Below, in pieces: positions 18,211-27,300 of a stretch of 63,062 nucleotides of DNA. The translations under genes and the position numbers were made by a program. This DNA comes from a virus (Duplodnaviria; Caudoviricetes). Under the pieces are notes generated by a model. The model was not told the origin of the DNA. It was given only the letters and a program-made list of their open reading frames with translations, and ran no database searches. Location: the IMG/VR virus record IMGVR_UViG_3300033429_000003, positions 1 to 63,062 of that record. One strand, given 5' to 3'. How positions within the stretch are numbered: position 1 is the stretch's first letter; each line of letters opens with the position of its first letter.

Positions 18211-21200
18211 ATGCCAATCGTTGAGCTCAAATCAGAAACCACTCCGTACGACTATATGGAAGAGGATGAGAGTGTTCATAGCGTCGAGTGGGCAGACGAG
18301 GAAGAGGAACGGCAGCACTACGACTTGGACGTGCCTGCGGGAGTCCGGCCGTCGGAGTTCGTGGAGTTCGCGGTTTACATGCCGGGGGGCGGGGACCTCC
18401 ATCAGTTTAGCTTCAGGGACCGCCAGTACCTGAAGACCATCTACAACTCGCCCGCAAAGCGCAAGCTCTTGATGGCGGGACGTCAGGTAGAAAAATGCGA
18501 GTGTTTACAAGGACTTACGTCACTCAACTCTGGGTACCTCAAGAAAGCCGGGGACGTCAAGATAGGTGATTGCCTGGCCTCGATGACTCGTCCGGACACA
18601 GAGATGGGCACGGGCCGTGTGTCATGGCTGTCGAAGATATACACCAAGCCATGTGTCAAGATAACTACCAGGCAGGGGCACGAGACGTGGGTGGCGAAGA
18701 CGCACCCCATGCGTCTGTTTGGTAGATGGGTGCCCGCAGGGGAATTGACGTCAGGTACTCGTCTGTCCGTGGTGCGGAAGTGCGGAGAGTTCCTCCAGCT
18801 CAAGGAAAGCGTCGAGCGCATCAAGGCCACGGCGTACTTGCTGGGAGACGGAGGCCTGGGAGGCCCCTGTGTCTTGTTCCATTCCAAGTCTGCTACGAGG
18901 ATGCAGGAGTTCAAGAGCCTGGTGGCGGGTGTTGGGGACACGGGTCGAGTGGAGGGCGACCACTCCTACCGCGTGCATCGGGGGATTATCCGAGGATGGC
19001 TAGAAGATGATGGTCTCCTAGGCAAGCTCTCTGCGGACAAGTTCATTCCCGAGTGGGTGTTCAACCTCTCTAGGAAAGACACCGCCCTGTTCCTACGCAC
19101 TCTCTGGTCCACAGATGGCCATATCAAGAAGGTCTCCCGGTCCAAGCACGACATTGTCTACTCCTCCATCGCCAAGCGCCTGGTCCTCGACGTTCAAGCC
19201 CTCTTGTGGAAGTTCGGCATCCCGACCGGGCTGCGCTCTTACGTGCCCGAGGTCTATGAGGGGGCTGACAAGGTGCACTGGATGCTGCGGGTTGAGACTC
19301 AGGATGGCATCAACCGTTTCCTCAGCGAGATATCTAATGTGGGCCGCGACGGGTACTTGGTGGCCTCTGCAGACATGCCCGAGAACAACAATCGGGACAC
19401 TTACCCGATCGAAATCAATGACCTGCTCGTGCGCATCCAGGAGAGCGGAGACGATTCGTGGCAGGGGCGCCGAGGTCGGAGCCTACATGCTTCGGGCCTA
19501 CGTAGGACGCTGAAGTCCCCGCCCACCCGGGGCAAGCTTGAGAAGTATTGGGACTTCTTCCTCGAAGGTGGATACGACCAGCAGCTAGTAGACGAGTTGA
19601 GAGCGCACATCTTCACAGACCTCTATTGGGATGAGATAGAAACCATCGAAGATGTAGGGGAGCAGGAGTGCGTAGACTTTGAGGTAGAGGACACGCACAA
19701 CTTCGTGCTGGATGGGTTCGTCACCCACAATAGCACCCTGCTGGGCAACGAGAACTTGGCGTACATGGCTATCACCAACTACTTCCGGTGCCTGTACGTT
19801 AGCCCTTCTAACACGCAGACCAAGGTCTTCAGCCGGGACCGCATTCAGGAGCCCATTGATACCTCTCCTGTGCTGAGCCAGTTTACCAATGGCAGGCTGC
19901 TCAAGAACGTCTTCGAGAAGAAGTTTGTCAACGGTTCTCAAATCACCATGCGGTTCGCGTTTCTCAACGCAGACCGCGTGCGCGGCATTCCTGCGGACAA
20001 GATTACGATCGACGAGTTCCAGGACATCCTCCTGGACAACGTGCCTGTCATTGAGGAGTGCGCTTCGCACTCCGAGTACAAGTTGTTCACCTATGCGGGC
20101 ACACCGAAGTCGTTGGACAACGCCATCGAGCACTACTGGGCCCGCTTCTCTACTCAGAACGAGTGGTCGGTCCCCTGCAAGCATCACGGCACGCCGAAGA
20201 ATTCGTCTTCGTGGTTCTGGAACGTCTTGGCGGAAGACAACATAGGAGACGACGGGCTTATCTGCAGCAAGTGCGGCAAACCCATTTCTCCGAAAGACCC
20301 CGACTGCTCATGGGTGTCACTCAACCCCAACCCGAAGGTGGAGAAGCCCTACGAGGGGTACCGCATCCCCCAGTTGATGGTTCCCTGGATAGATTTCAGC
20401 GACATCAAGGACAAGCAGAAGAAGTACAGCCGGGCCAAGTTCTACAACGAGGTGCTCGGCCGCAGCTACGACTCTGGTACCCGACCCCTCACGCGCACCG
20501 ACATGATTCGGAACTCCTGGTCTGAGCTGTCGATGACGTACTACCGAGAAGTCATCCAATATTGCCAGCAATATCCAGTATTTATGGGACTTGACTGGGG
20601 CACGGGAGAGGGCTCGTACACGGTGATGTCGCTTGGTGGGTACCTTCCGTTTGCCCCGGATCTCTTCACGTTCTTCTACCTCTACCGGTTCGAAGGGATG
20701 GAGTCCGAGCCCAAGGAGCAACTCCGCATCATCAAGCAGCACGCGCGAGAGTTCAATGTGCGCTACATCGGGGTTGACTACGGCGGCGGTTTCTGGCCCA
20801 ACGACGAATTGGTACGTGAGTTCGGTGCAGACAAGATCAAGAAGTACCAGTGGGTTGGCAACGTCAAGAAGAAGATTCAGTTCGACCCTAAGCTAGGCGT
20901 CCCACGGTTCTTGTGTCACCGTACTGAGGTCATGTCGGACATGTTCAACGCCGTCAAGCGGGGCAACGTGTTCCGCTTCCCTCGGTGGGAGGAATTCGAG
21001 GACCCCTACGCCAGGGATTTTCTCAACATCTTCTCGGAGTACAATGAGCGAATGCGGATAAACGTCTACAAGCATGCTCCGGGGAGCCCGGATGACACGT
21101 TCCACTCATGCTGTTTCGGATTTTTGGCTTCCTTCTATTATCGTGCGCGCCCAGACGTTATCCTACCCTCAAAGGAAGTGGAGAGGGAATACAGGTCCAA

Positions 21201-21222
21201 TGAACCGAATGACATCACGTGA
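18211..21222 (+). CDS. terL: Terminase large subunit (lambda gpA-like ATPase), intein-containing
   Basis: GRQVEK|ST Walker A, RVRGI, IDEFQD Walker B, GTPK, Zn finger, FYNEVLG, nuclease MGLDWG and DDTFH. Confidence 0.92.
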   Translation: MPIVELKSETTPYDYMEEDESVHSVEWADEEEERQHYDLDVPAGVRPSEFVEFAVYMPGGGDLHQFSFRDRQYLKTIYNSPAKRKLLMAGRQVEKCECLQGLTSLNSGYLKKAGDVKIGDCLASMTRPDTEMGTGRVSWLSKIYTKPCVKITTRQGHETWVAKTHPMRLFGRWVPAGELTSGTRLSVVRKCGEFLQLKESVERIKATAYLLGDGGLGGPCVLFHSKSATRMQEFKSLVAGVGDTGRVEGDHSYRVHRGIIRGWLEDDGLLGKLSADKFIPEWVFNLSRKDTALFLRTLWSTDGHIKKVSRSKHDIVYSSIAKRLVLDVQALLWKFGIPTGLRSYVPEVYEGADKVHWMLRVETQDGINRFLSEISNVGRDGYLVASADMPENNNRDTYPIEINDLLVRIQESGDDSWQGRRGRSLHASGLRRTLKSPPTRGKLEKYWDFFLEGGYDQQLVDELRAHIFTDLYWDEIETIEDVGEQECVDFEVEDTHNFVLDGFVTHNSTLLGNENLAYMAITNYFRCLYVSPSNTQTKVFSRDRIQEPIDTSPVLSQFTNGRLLKNVFEKKFVNGSQITMRFAFLNADRVRGIPADKITIDEFQDILLDNVPVIEECASHSEYKLFTYAGTPKSLDNAIEHYWARFSTQNEWSVPCKHHGTPKNSSSWFWNVLAEDNIGDDGLICSKCGKPISPKDPDCSWVSLNPNPKVEKPYEGYRIPQLMVPWIDFSDIKDKQKKYSRAKFYNEVLGRSYDSGTRPLTRTDMIRNSWSELSMTYYREVIQYCQQYPVFMGLDWGTGEGSYTVMSLGGYLPFAPDLFTFFYLYRFEGMESEPKEQLRIIKQHAREFNVRYIGVDYGGGFWPNDELVREFGADKIKKYQWVGNVKKKIQFDPKLGVPRFLCHRTEVMSDMFNAVKRGNVFRFPRWEEFEDPYARDFLNIFSEYNERMRINVYKHAPGSPDDTFHSCCFGFLASFYYRARPDVILPSKEVEREYRSNEPNDIT
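18496..19731 (+). mobile_element. Intein with LAGLIDADG-type endonuclease in the terminase Walker A
   Basis: Starts Cys after GRQVEK, ends FVTHN before Ser; YLLGDG and LWSTDG blocks; 412 aa. Confidence 0.93.
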
Positions 21223-21469
21223 ACATCCAGGGGAGCACTTTCTCGATTTCTCTTCTTCTCTGGAGTGGAGTCCCTCCAAGGGAGCTTTTATTCTTGGAGG
21301 ATTGATACCTGTGGACGCTGTCTAGAGTGATATAGGTCTTGCTGTCGTCGGGGAAAGTAGCTTTGACAAGGACACCGTTGGCTAGAAGCCGATGAATAGT
21401 AGCTTTCGACTTCTTCAGGATCTTCATCGCCTCGGACTTCGTGACGACATTGTCGTTCCTTCCCACCAA
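21215..21469 (-). CDS. Small HTH DNA-binding protein (excisionase/MerR-like)
   Basis: VTKSEAMKILKKSKATIHRLLANGVL pattern. Confidence 0.65.
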   Translation of the reverse strand: MVGRNDNVVTKSEAMKILKKSKATIHRLLANGVLVKATFPDDSKTYITLDSVHRYQSSKNKSSLGGTPLQRRREIEKVLPWMFT

Positions 21470-21542
21470 AAAACCCCCATGCTAGGTTTGATGGACACGG
21501 TATCCCTTAGGATGGCAGTCCACAAGCCTTTGTGAGGTAGCG

Positions 21543-23300
21543 ATGCACGACGAAATGCCCTTCGGCTTGGCTCGACAGACGAAGTACGCGGCTCTCAGCT
21601 CTGAAGACCTCAACACCATGGGGAAGCAGGCTGCGAACTCCTACCTGTCGTGTGGTGTTCCACTGAACAAGGCTGTGGTGAAGCTGGCCCAGGAACACCC
21701 GAGCATTTCCCCCCACCAGGTCAAGCGCGTAGTTGAGTACGCGAACCAGGAGACCTTCCAGCGTCTCTTCGATGACAACGAGAAATACGCCTGTGACAAG
21801 AACATCGATTTCCCGCTGGCTGACCCTCGCATCGTCCTCCACGAGCTCAACGACGGGGCTCGAGCCCACATCATGACCCCGCCGCCAGACGACTACTCCC
21901 AGGCGCCCGTGAAGTTGGCCCATGCAGACGTCGAGGCTGACCTTGAACTCTGCCGGGTCTTCGGGGTGGAGCCCGAGTCTCCTGGGATGGAAAAGGAAGC
22001 GAAGGCCCGGTACCTCAAGGATATAGTTAAGAGGTACTCGCGGAACCCGGACTACGTACATGAGGGCTCGTTGGCAGTCCATAAGGGGGCGATGAAGCTC
22101 CTAGGAGGGCGGAGAGCGGGTAAGGACATCTCAAAGCTGCGCAGTTGGGGCTCCAAAGGTGGGAGCGTTCGCAAGGGGGTGGCAAAGGCCACTGAGAGGG
22201 TACTTGCCAAGGGCACTGCCAAGCTCGGTTCTGCCGACCTAGAAGTGGTGGATCGCATCCTTGGTGTGGAGAAAGACGCGGGCGTGGCGGCCCTAAAGGG
22301 TCTTGGAAAAGGCCTCTGGGCTGCTGGTAGGGCCGCAGGTCGGGGGCGATTCGGAATGGCCGGTAAGGCTCTGGGCGCCGGGGCTCGCCGCTTTGGTGCC
22401 TCCCCCGGTTCTGGGATGCTGGCGGGGGCGGGCATAGGCGCTGCCACGGGGGCTGCCGCAGCGGGCCCAGACCGACGTCTCAAGGGGGCTCTTACCGGGG
22501 GCCTCCTGGGGGCTGCCGGCGGTGCTGCGGCAGGAACGGGGGCTGGGAGCCTGAAGAACTTGTGGAGCAAGGGGAAGGTCACTACGCCCTTTGCCGCCAT
22601 GAAGCCTGGGTGGCGCTCAGCGGCTGGTGCCGGGGCTGCTGGTTTGGGCGGTGGGGTGCTCATGCAGAAGGGCTCGAGCGCCGAGTTTGCCAAGGAAGCC
22701 ATGGACTACGCCAAGGTCGGCGGTTCCAAAGCCGGGCTCGTCTTGGACGACATGCGGGCAGCGACCGCCGTTGAGCGCATCAAGCAGGCCACCGCTGACC
22801 GGGGGGCTTATCCGGAAGCCAATCCTTACGGAGAGCTCATCCGGACCAAGCAGCGGCTCACCAAGATGGCCCAGGGCGCCCGGGACGCCGTCGCAAAGAA
22901 TGAGTCGCTCTACCACGAGGCCCTGGAGAAGCTGGCCTTCGAGGTCAAGCAGCACTTGCTCCGGGGTGGAAACCTGGGGTCTGTCACCCACGCGATGAGC
23001 TCTGTGACTCCGCCCGACGCCGTCAAGATTGCAATGCGGGCTATCCTCCCCAACCTGAAAGACCACGGGCTGGACCCCGCCCTAGCGCAGGCCGAGATGG
23101 TGAAGTACGAGATGGTCAAGGGGGCCAGCGCTAGGGTCCTGAACCCGGGGCACCCCGTCGTTCAGGCGTATGCCAACATGGTCAAGCTGGCTGAGGGGCA
23201 GGCGACGCTCGAGCACAGCTTTGGCCAGCTCCACAGTGCCCTGTCCGAGGTGGAGAGCACCCTGAAGGAAGCGATGGTGAACCATGCTACTGCGTGCTAG
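21543..23300 (+). CDS. Putative head/core protein with K-x-A sites and Gly-zipper insert
   Basis: GAGG RBS; more than 12 K-x-A motifs; central basic Gly/Ala-rich hydrophobic segment. Confidence 0.65.
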   Translation: MHDEMPFGLARQTKYAALSSEDLNTMGKQAANSYLSCGVPLNKAVVKLAQEHPSISPHQVKRVVEYANQETFQRLFDDNEKYACDKNIDFPLADPRIVLHELNDGARAHIMTPPPDDYSQAPVKLAHADVEADLELCRVFGVEPESPGMEKEAKARYLKDIVKRYSRNPDYVHEGSLAVHKGAMKLLGGRRAGKDISKLRSWGSKGGSVRKGVAKATERVLAKGTAKLGSADLEVVDRILGVEKDAGVAALKGLGKGLWAAGRAAGRGRFGMAGKALGAGARRFGASPGSGMLAGAGIGAATGAAAAGPDRRLKGALTGGLLGAAGGAAAGTGAGSLKNLWSKGKVTTPFAAMKPGWRSAAGAGAAGLGGGVLMQKGSSAEFAKEAMDYAKVGGSKAGLVLDDMRAATAVERIKQATADRGAYPEANPYGELIRTKQRLTKMAQGARDAVAKNESLYHEALEKLAFEVKQHLLRGGNLGSVTHAMSSVTPPDAVKIAMRAILPNLKDHGLDPALAQAEMVKYEMVKGASARVLNPGHPVVQAYANMVKLAEGQATLEHSFGQLHSALSEVESTLKEAMVNHATAC

Positions 23301-23577
23301 TCGGGCCACCGAAGTACTTACCAAGGAAGCCATCACGGGGGCCCTCGCCCGGATTGGTAGGGTTGGCAGGAAGGTGGGGGGCTTCACGTGGAAGCACAAG
23401 AAAGGTTTGGGCGTAGGGGGTATGGTGGCGGGCATGGGGGGCATGGGTGCCGCCGAAGCCATGAGAAGGGGCAACGTTGGTATGAGCCGTGGGTGGACTG
23501 CCGCTCGTATGCGCGGTCAAGTTCCTATGGCTCCTGGCATGTCTAGCTTTAACCGCGGCTGGGGACGTACGAGGTAA
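23284..23577 (+). CDS. Small basic Gly-rich protein
   Basis: LTKEA followed by a cationic amphipathic stretch and Gly zipper. Confidence 0.6.
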   Translation: MLLRASRATEVLTKEAITGALARIGRVGRKVGGFTWKHKKGLGVGGMVAGMGGMGAAEAMRRGNVGMSRGWTAARMRGQVPMAPGMSSFNRGWGRTR

Positions 23578-23580
23578 TTC

Positions 23581-24366
23581 ATGAACCCACTTCTTGAGAA
23601 GCTGGCCCAGAGCGGCCTTACCGAGGAGCAAGTCCAACGGGCCCAGGAGCGGGCAGAGGACTTCCTGAAGGCCGCTAGTAGCAACGGGTCTTTGAGGAAA
23701 GAGCTCATGGAGAAGATGGGCTTCTCCCCCTGGTCTACCGTGAAGTCGGTTGGACAGACGGCTGGGAAGATGTTTGCCCCCGTGATGGGGCAAACTCTTG
23801 CCTACACCGCTGCTGGTGCTGCTCTCGGTGGGGGTGCTTTTGCTGCCCGGAGGGGATACGAGGCGATTGAGAGTCGGCTGGGTAAAGCCAAAGCCTACAA
23901 GGAGATGGTGGAGGCTCGTCCGGAGCTGAAAGACCGGGACCCCAAGGCGGTTCAGAGGGCCTTTGACAGCTTGTACCGGTTCAACCCCCGCTACGCCAAG
24001 GACCCGCTCGTGGCCGGCTCGTTCGTGGACTCAGTGTCCTCCAGTGAGCGGCTGGACCTCGGGACCGTCAACGCTCTTGTCTCCGCCCGTAAGGGTCTGG
24101 ACGGGGCCCCGTTCGACCCGAGCAAGTATGTGTCCATGAAGGTTCCTGGGCCGGAAGAAATGTCCATCCGGCAACAGCAGGAAGGGCGGAGTGCGGAGGA
24201 GCACAAGGCCAAGATGGAGCAATACGACCAATTGCAGCGTCATAGGGGAGAAGAGCACCCGGTCAAGATGGAGGACTACGCTAGGAAAGAAGAGAAGCAT
24301 GAGTGGGATAGGCCCAAAGAGAAGCATGTAGACCCTATGACCACGATGTATACGGGCGGGAAATGA
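23581..24366 (+). CDS. Putative virion protein with K-x-A motifs and one hydrophobic segment
   Basis: EKLA, LKAA; AAGAALGGGAFA; ATGA overlap with the next gene. Confidence 0.65.
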   Translation: MNPLLEKLAQSGLTEEQVQRAQERAEDFLKAASSNGSLRKELMEKMGFSPWSTVKSVGQTAGKMFAPVMGQTLAYTAAGAALGGGAFAARRGYEAIESRLGKAKAYKEMVEARPELKDRDPKAVQRAFDSLYRFNPRYAKDPLVAGSFVDSVSSSERLDLGTVNALVSARKGLDGAPFDPSKYVSMKVPGPEEMSIRQQQEGRSAEEHKAKMEQYDQLQRHRGEEHPVKMEDYARKEEKHEWDRPKEKHVDPMTTMYTGGK

Positions 24367-27300
24367 TCACAAAGCTAGCCACTTTCCGCGGGGTGACCGA
24401 CCGAGGGGACCCGCTCGTCCAGGTTTTCCGCCAGGGGAGCTCGGTCACCAAGGTGGCGGGCAACCTCATGCAGCCCATTCAGGACTGGCTGGGCGCCTAC
24501 AAGTCTGACTCCCGGAAGATAGCTATCCTAGTCAATGCCCTTGGCGCCTCAGAGTTCTGGGGGCAGAACGTCAACGGGGACATCTTCCCAGAAAGCGCTC
24601 TCATCCACGACTGCCGCTGCCACCCTGGCGAGCAGCACCCCGTGGATGACTTCTCGGGTAAAGTGGTTCCTCCCTACGGCTATTGGACCTTCCTCAACGC
24701 GTTCCCCTACGTCCACCACCGGAACAAAGACCCGACGAGGGCCTTCGGGAAGGTGGCGGTGGCTTGTTGGAACCCGAAGATGAAGCGGGTCGAGCTCGTC
24801 GTGCTCATTGACCGCCACCTGGCAATGCAACATGACGCTCAGCACATAGTCGACCGCGTCGACCGCGGAGATTATCCAGATGTTTCAATGGGTTGTAGGG
24901 TACCGTATGACGTCTGCACCTGCTGTGGCAACAAGTCTAAGACCCGCAACGATTACTGCTCGTGCATCAAGAACATCGGCATGGGCAAAATCCTCGACGA
25001 CGGGAGACAAATCGGGGTCGTCAACACCTACCCGAGGTTCTTCGACATCAGCTTTGTTTTCATCGGGGCGGACAAGACCGCCAAGATGATGTGCAAGTTG
25101 GGGTCCGCCGGGGCGCCCCAATCTGTTCTCGACGCCGAGCGCGTCTACAACTTCGAGGAGACCCCGGAAGGCCTCATCAAGGCAGCTTGCGGCCGGAAGG
25201 GTGGGTGTTCTGAGTGCCCCGGTAAGTGTAAGGTCGCCGAGCCTCGTATTGCGGGAGTCTCCTTGGAAGAGTCGGACAGGATACTCTCGGGATTGAGGGG
25301 GGCGGCTGCAGGGGCGGTGCAGGGGCACACTCCTGCGGACGCGGCGCTGAAAGCAGCTCGAGGGGCGGCCAAGCGCATTGGCCTGGACAAGGCAACCAGG
25401 CCCGCCTCTCTCAAGGTTAAGGGGGTGCCCAAGCGTATGTCCCAGAAGCGGGAGGCGCAAATGGCCGAGAAGCTCCTCAAGAAGGTCTCTGCCGAGCAGT
25501 CCCGGTTCACCGCCGAGGTGTATTCCGAGGGCACCGGCGAGCCTACCCAGCATAAGAAGCTGACCAAGGAGACCGAGGACGGTCTGAGCAAGACCATCCT
25601 CCGGCGATTCGCCCCGCCGCCCCCGTCTTCCCAGACCGTCTATGGGAGGGAGGACCCCCAGGACGATGAGGGGATGCGTGTCCTGCCTACGAATGAGAAC
25701 ACTCCAACCGACGGGGTAGACGACGACACCAAGTTGTCAAGCGCCGTATCCCACGTGCTGCCCCACGCCGTCGAGCGCGTCTATCATCTGCGGGGTCACC
25801 CGGAGACCCTGGAGAACCTGGACAAGCAGCTTTTGATGATGCAAGCGGCAGGTAGCTGGGGGGCCAGTAGGGGCATTCGGAGCTCGATTGACGGCGACGG
25901 ACATGAGTGGCTGAAGGTCAAAGGGGCCCCTGGCAGTCTGGAAAAGGAAAAGCTCAAGAAGGAGATGGACAAGAGCGAGGTCGATGTCCACTCCCTCAAG
26001 AAGGAAGCGAAGATAGTAGGGGAAGGGGGAGGCACCTCAAGCGGCGAAAAGACCTATCTTACGGAATTCAGGACGGGTAAGAGATTCAAGTACGGCGACG
26101 ATTTCATAGTCGAAGAGATGTTGCCTGCAGACTCTGATATCAAGAGGAGGAAGGCCTACATGCTGCGGTCGTCTAAGGACGGGCAGCTGTTGGCCCAGAC
26201 GGGCACTGACGACTTTGGCTCCTATATACGACTAGCATTTCAGCACACCCCAAAAGAGCACAGGCGTAAAGGGTACGGGACAAGCCTCCTAGCAGCGGTT
26301 GGCAGGCTCAACCCGGACAAGAAGTTTGTGGCGGTTCCTGACCCCTTCATGGACAGGTCTGCCTCTGTAGAGGACCTGACCAAGTTCTACAAGGAGAGCG
26401 GTTTTGGGGTAGCAGGCGACTATGGTGATGGACGACCTCTCATGGTTCGGGCCTCCTACAATGCTGCAAGGAACTACCACAAGGAGAAGAGCGCCGCCTT
26501 CAAGATGGGCCCTCCGCCGAGCCCGAACAGGGACAAGTTCCCGTTCGTTGGCACCATCAACTTTCGTGGGCTGCTCATCTACGTCGAGAACGCCCCGGGC
26601 ACCTGGCGCACCGGACCTGGCTGGAAGACTCTGATGAAGGTCCCCTACGGGGAGTTCGCCCGGTCACTGGGGACAGACGGGGACAAGCTGGACGTCTACG
26701 TGGGACCGGACAGGAACTGCGAGAACGTCTTCATCGTCCACCAGAACTTTGTTCGTGGGCCAAAGAAGGGCGAGTACGACGAGGACAAGACGCTTCTAGG
26801 TTTTTCCTCCCCAAAAGATGCCAAGAGTGCGTACTTGGCTCACTATGACAGCCCGGACTTCTTTGGCTGTATGTCCATGATGCCTTTTTCTGAGTTCAAG
26901 AGGCGGTTGGACCGCTCGAAGGGGGGATATGTAGAGCATTCAGAGTATTCCCATCCGTTTGAACCCAGCGCGGATCGCTTGCACGGTAACCCCGAACTTG
27001 CTCGCGATTTCGTCAATAGTATGTTTCTCTTTGTAGAGGGCCGCCGCCTCATCTCTGTCCCAAAGTCTGCGCTCGGGGCACGTACGGTTTTCACGAGAGG
27101 TGGGAAGCCCCCGTCTGGAGAATACTCTGAACACCGCAGAGGTGCTTACCCCGAGCTTCCTCGCGACCTTCTCGATAGAAAGACCCTCATCCCAAAGAAC
27201 CAGCGCCTCCTCCATCGACCAAAGACGCGGGCCTCCGTGAAGACGGCGGTGCTCGGATTGAGTGATTATTTCCAGGTTGTCAACGGCGTTGTTAAGCCCA

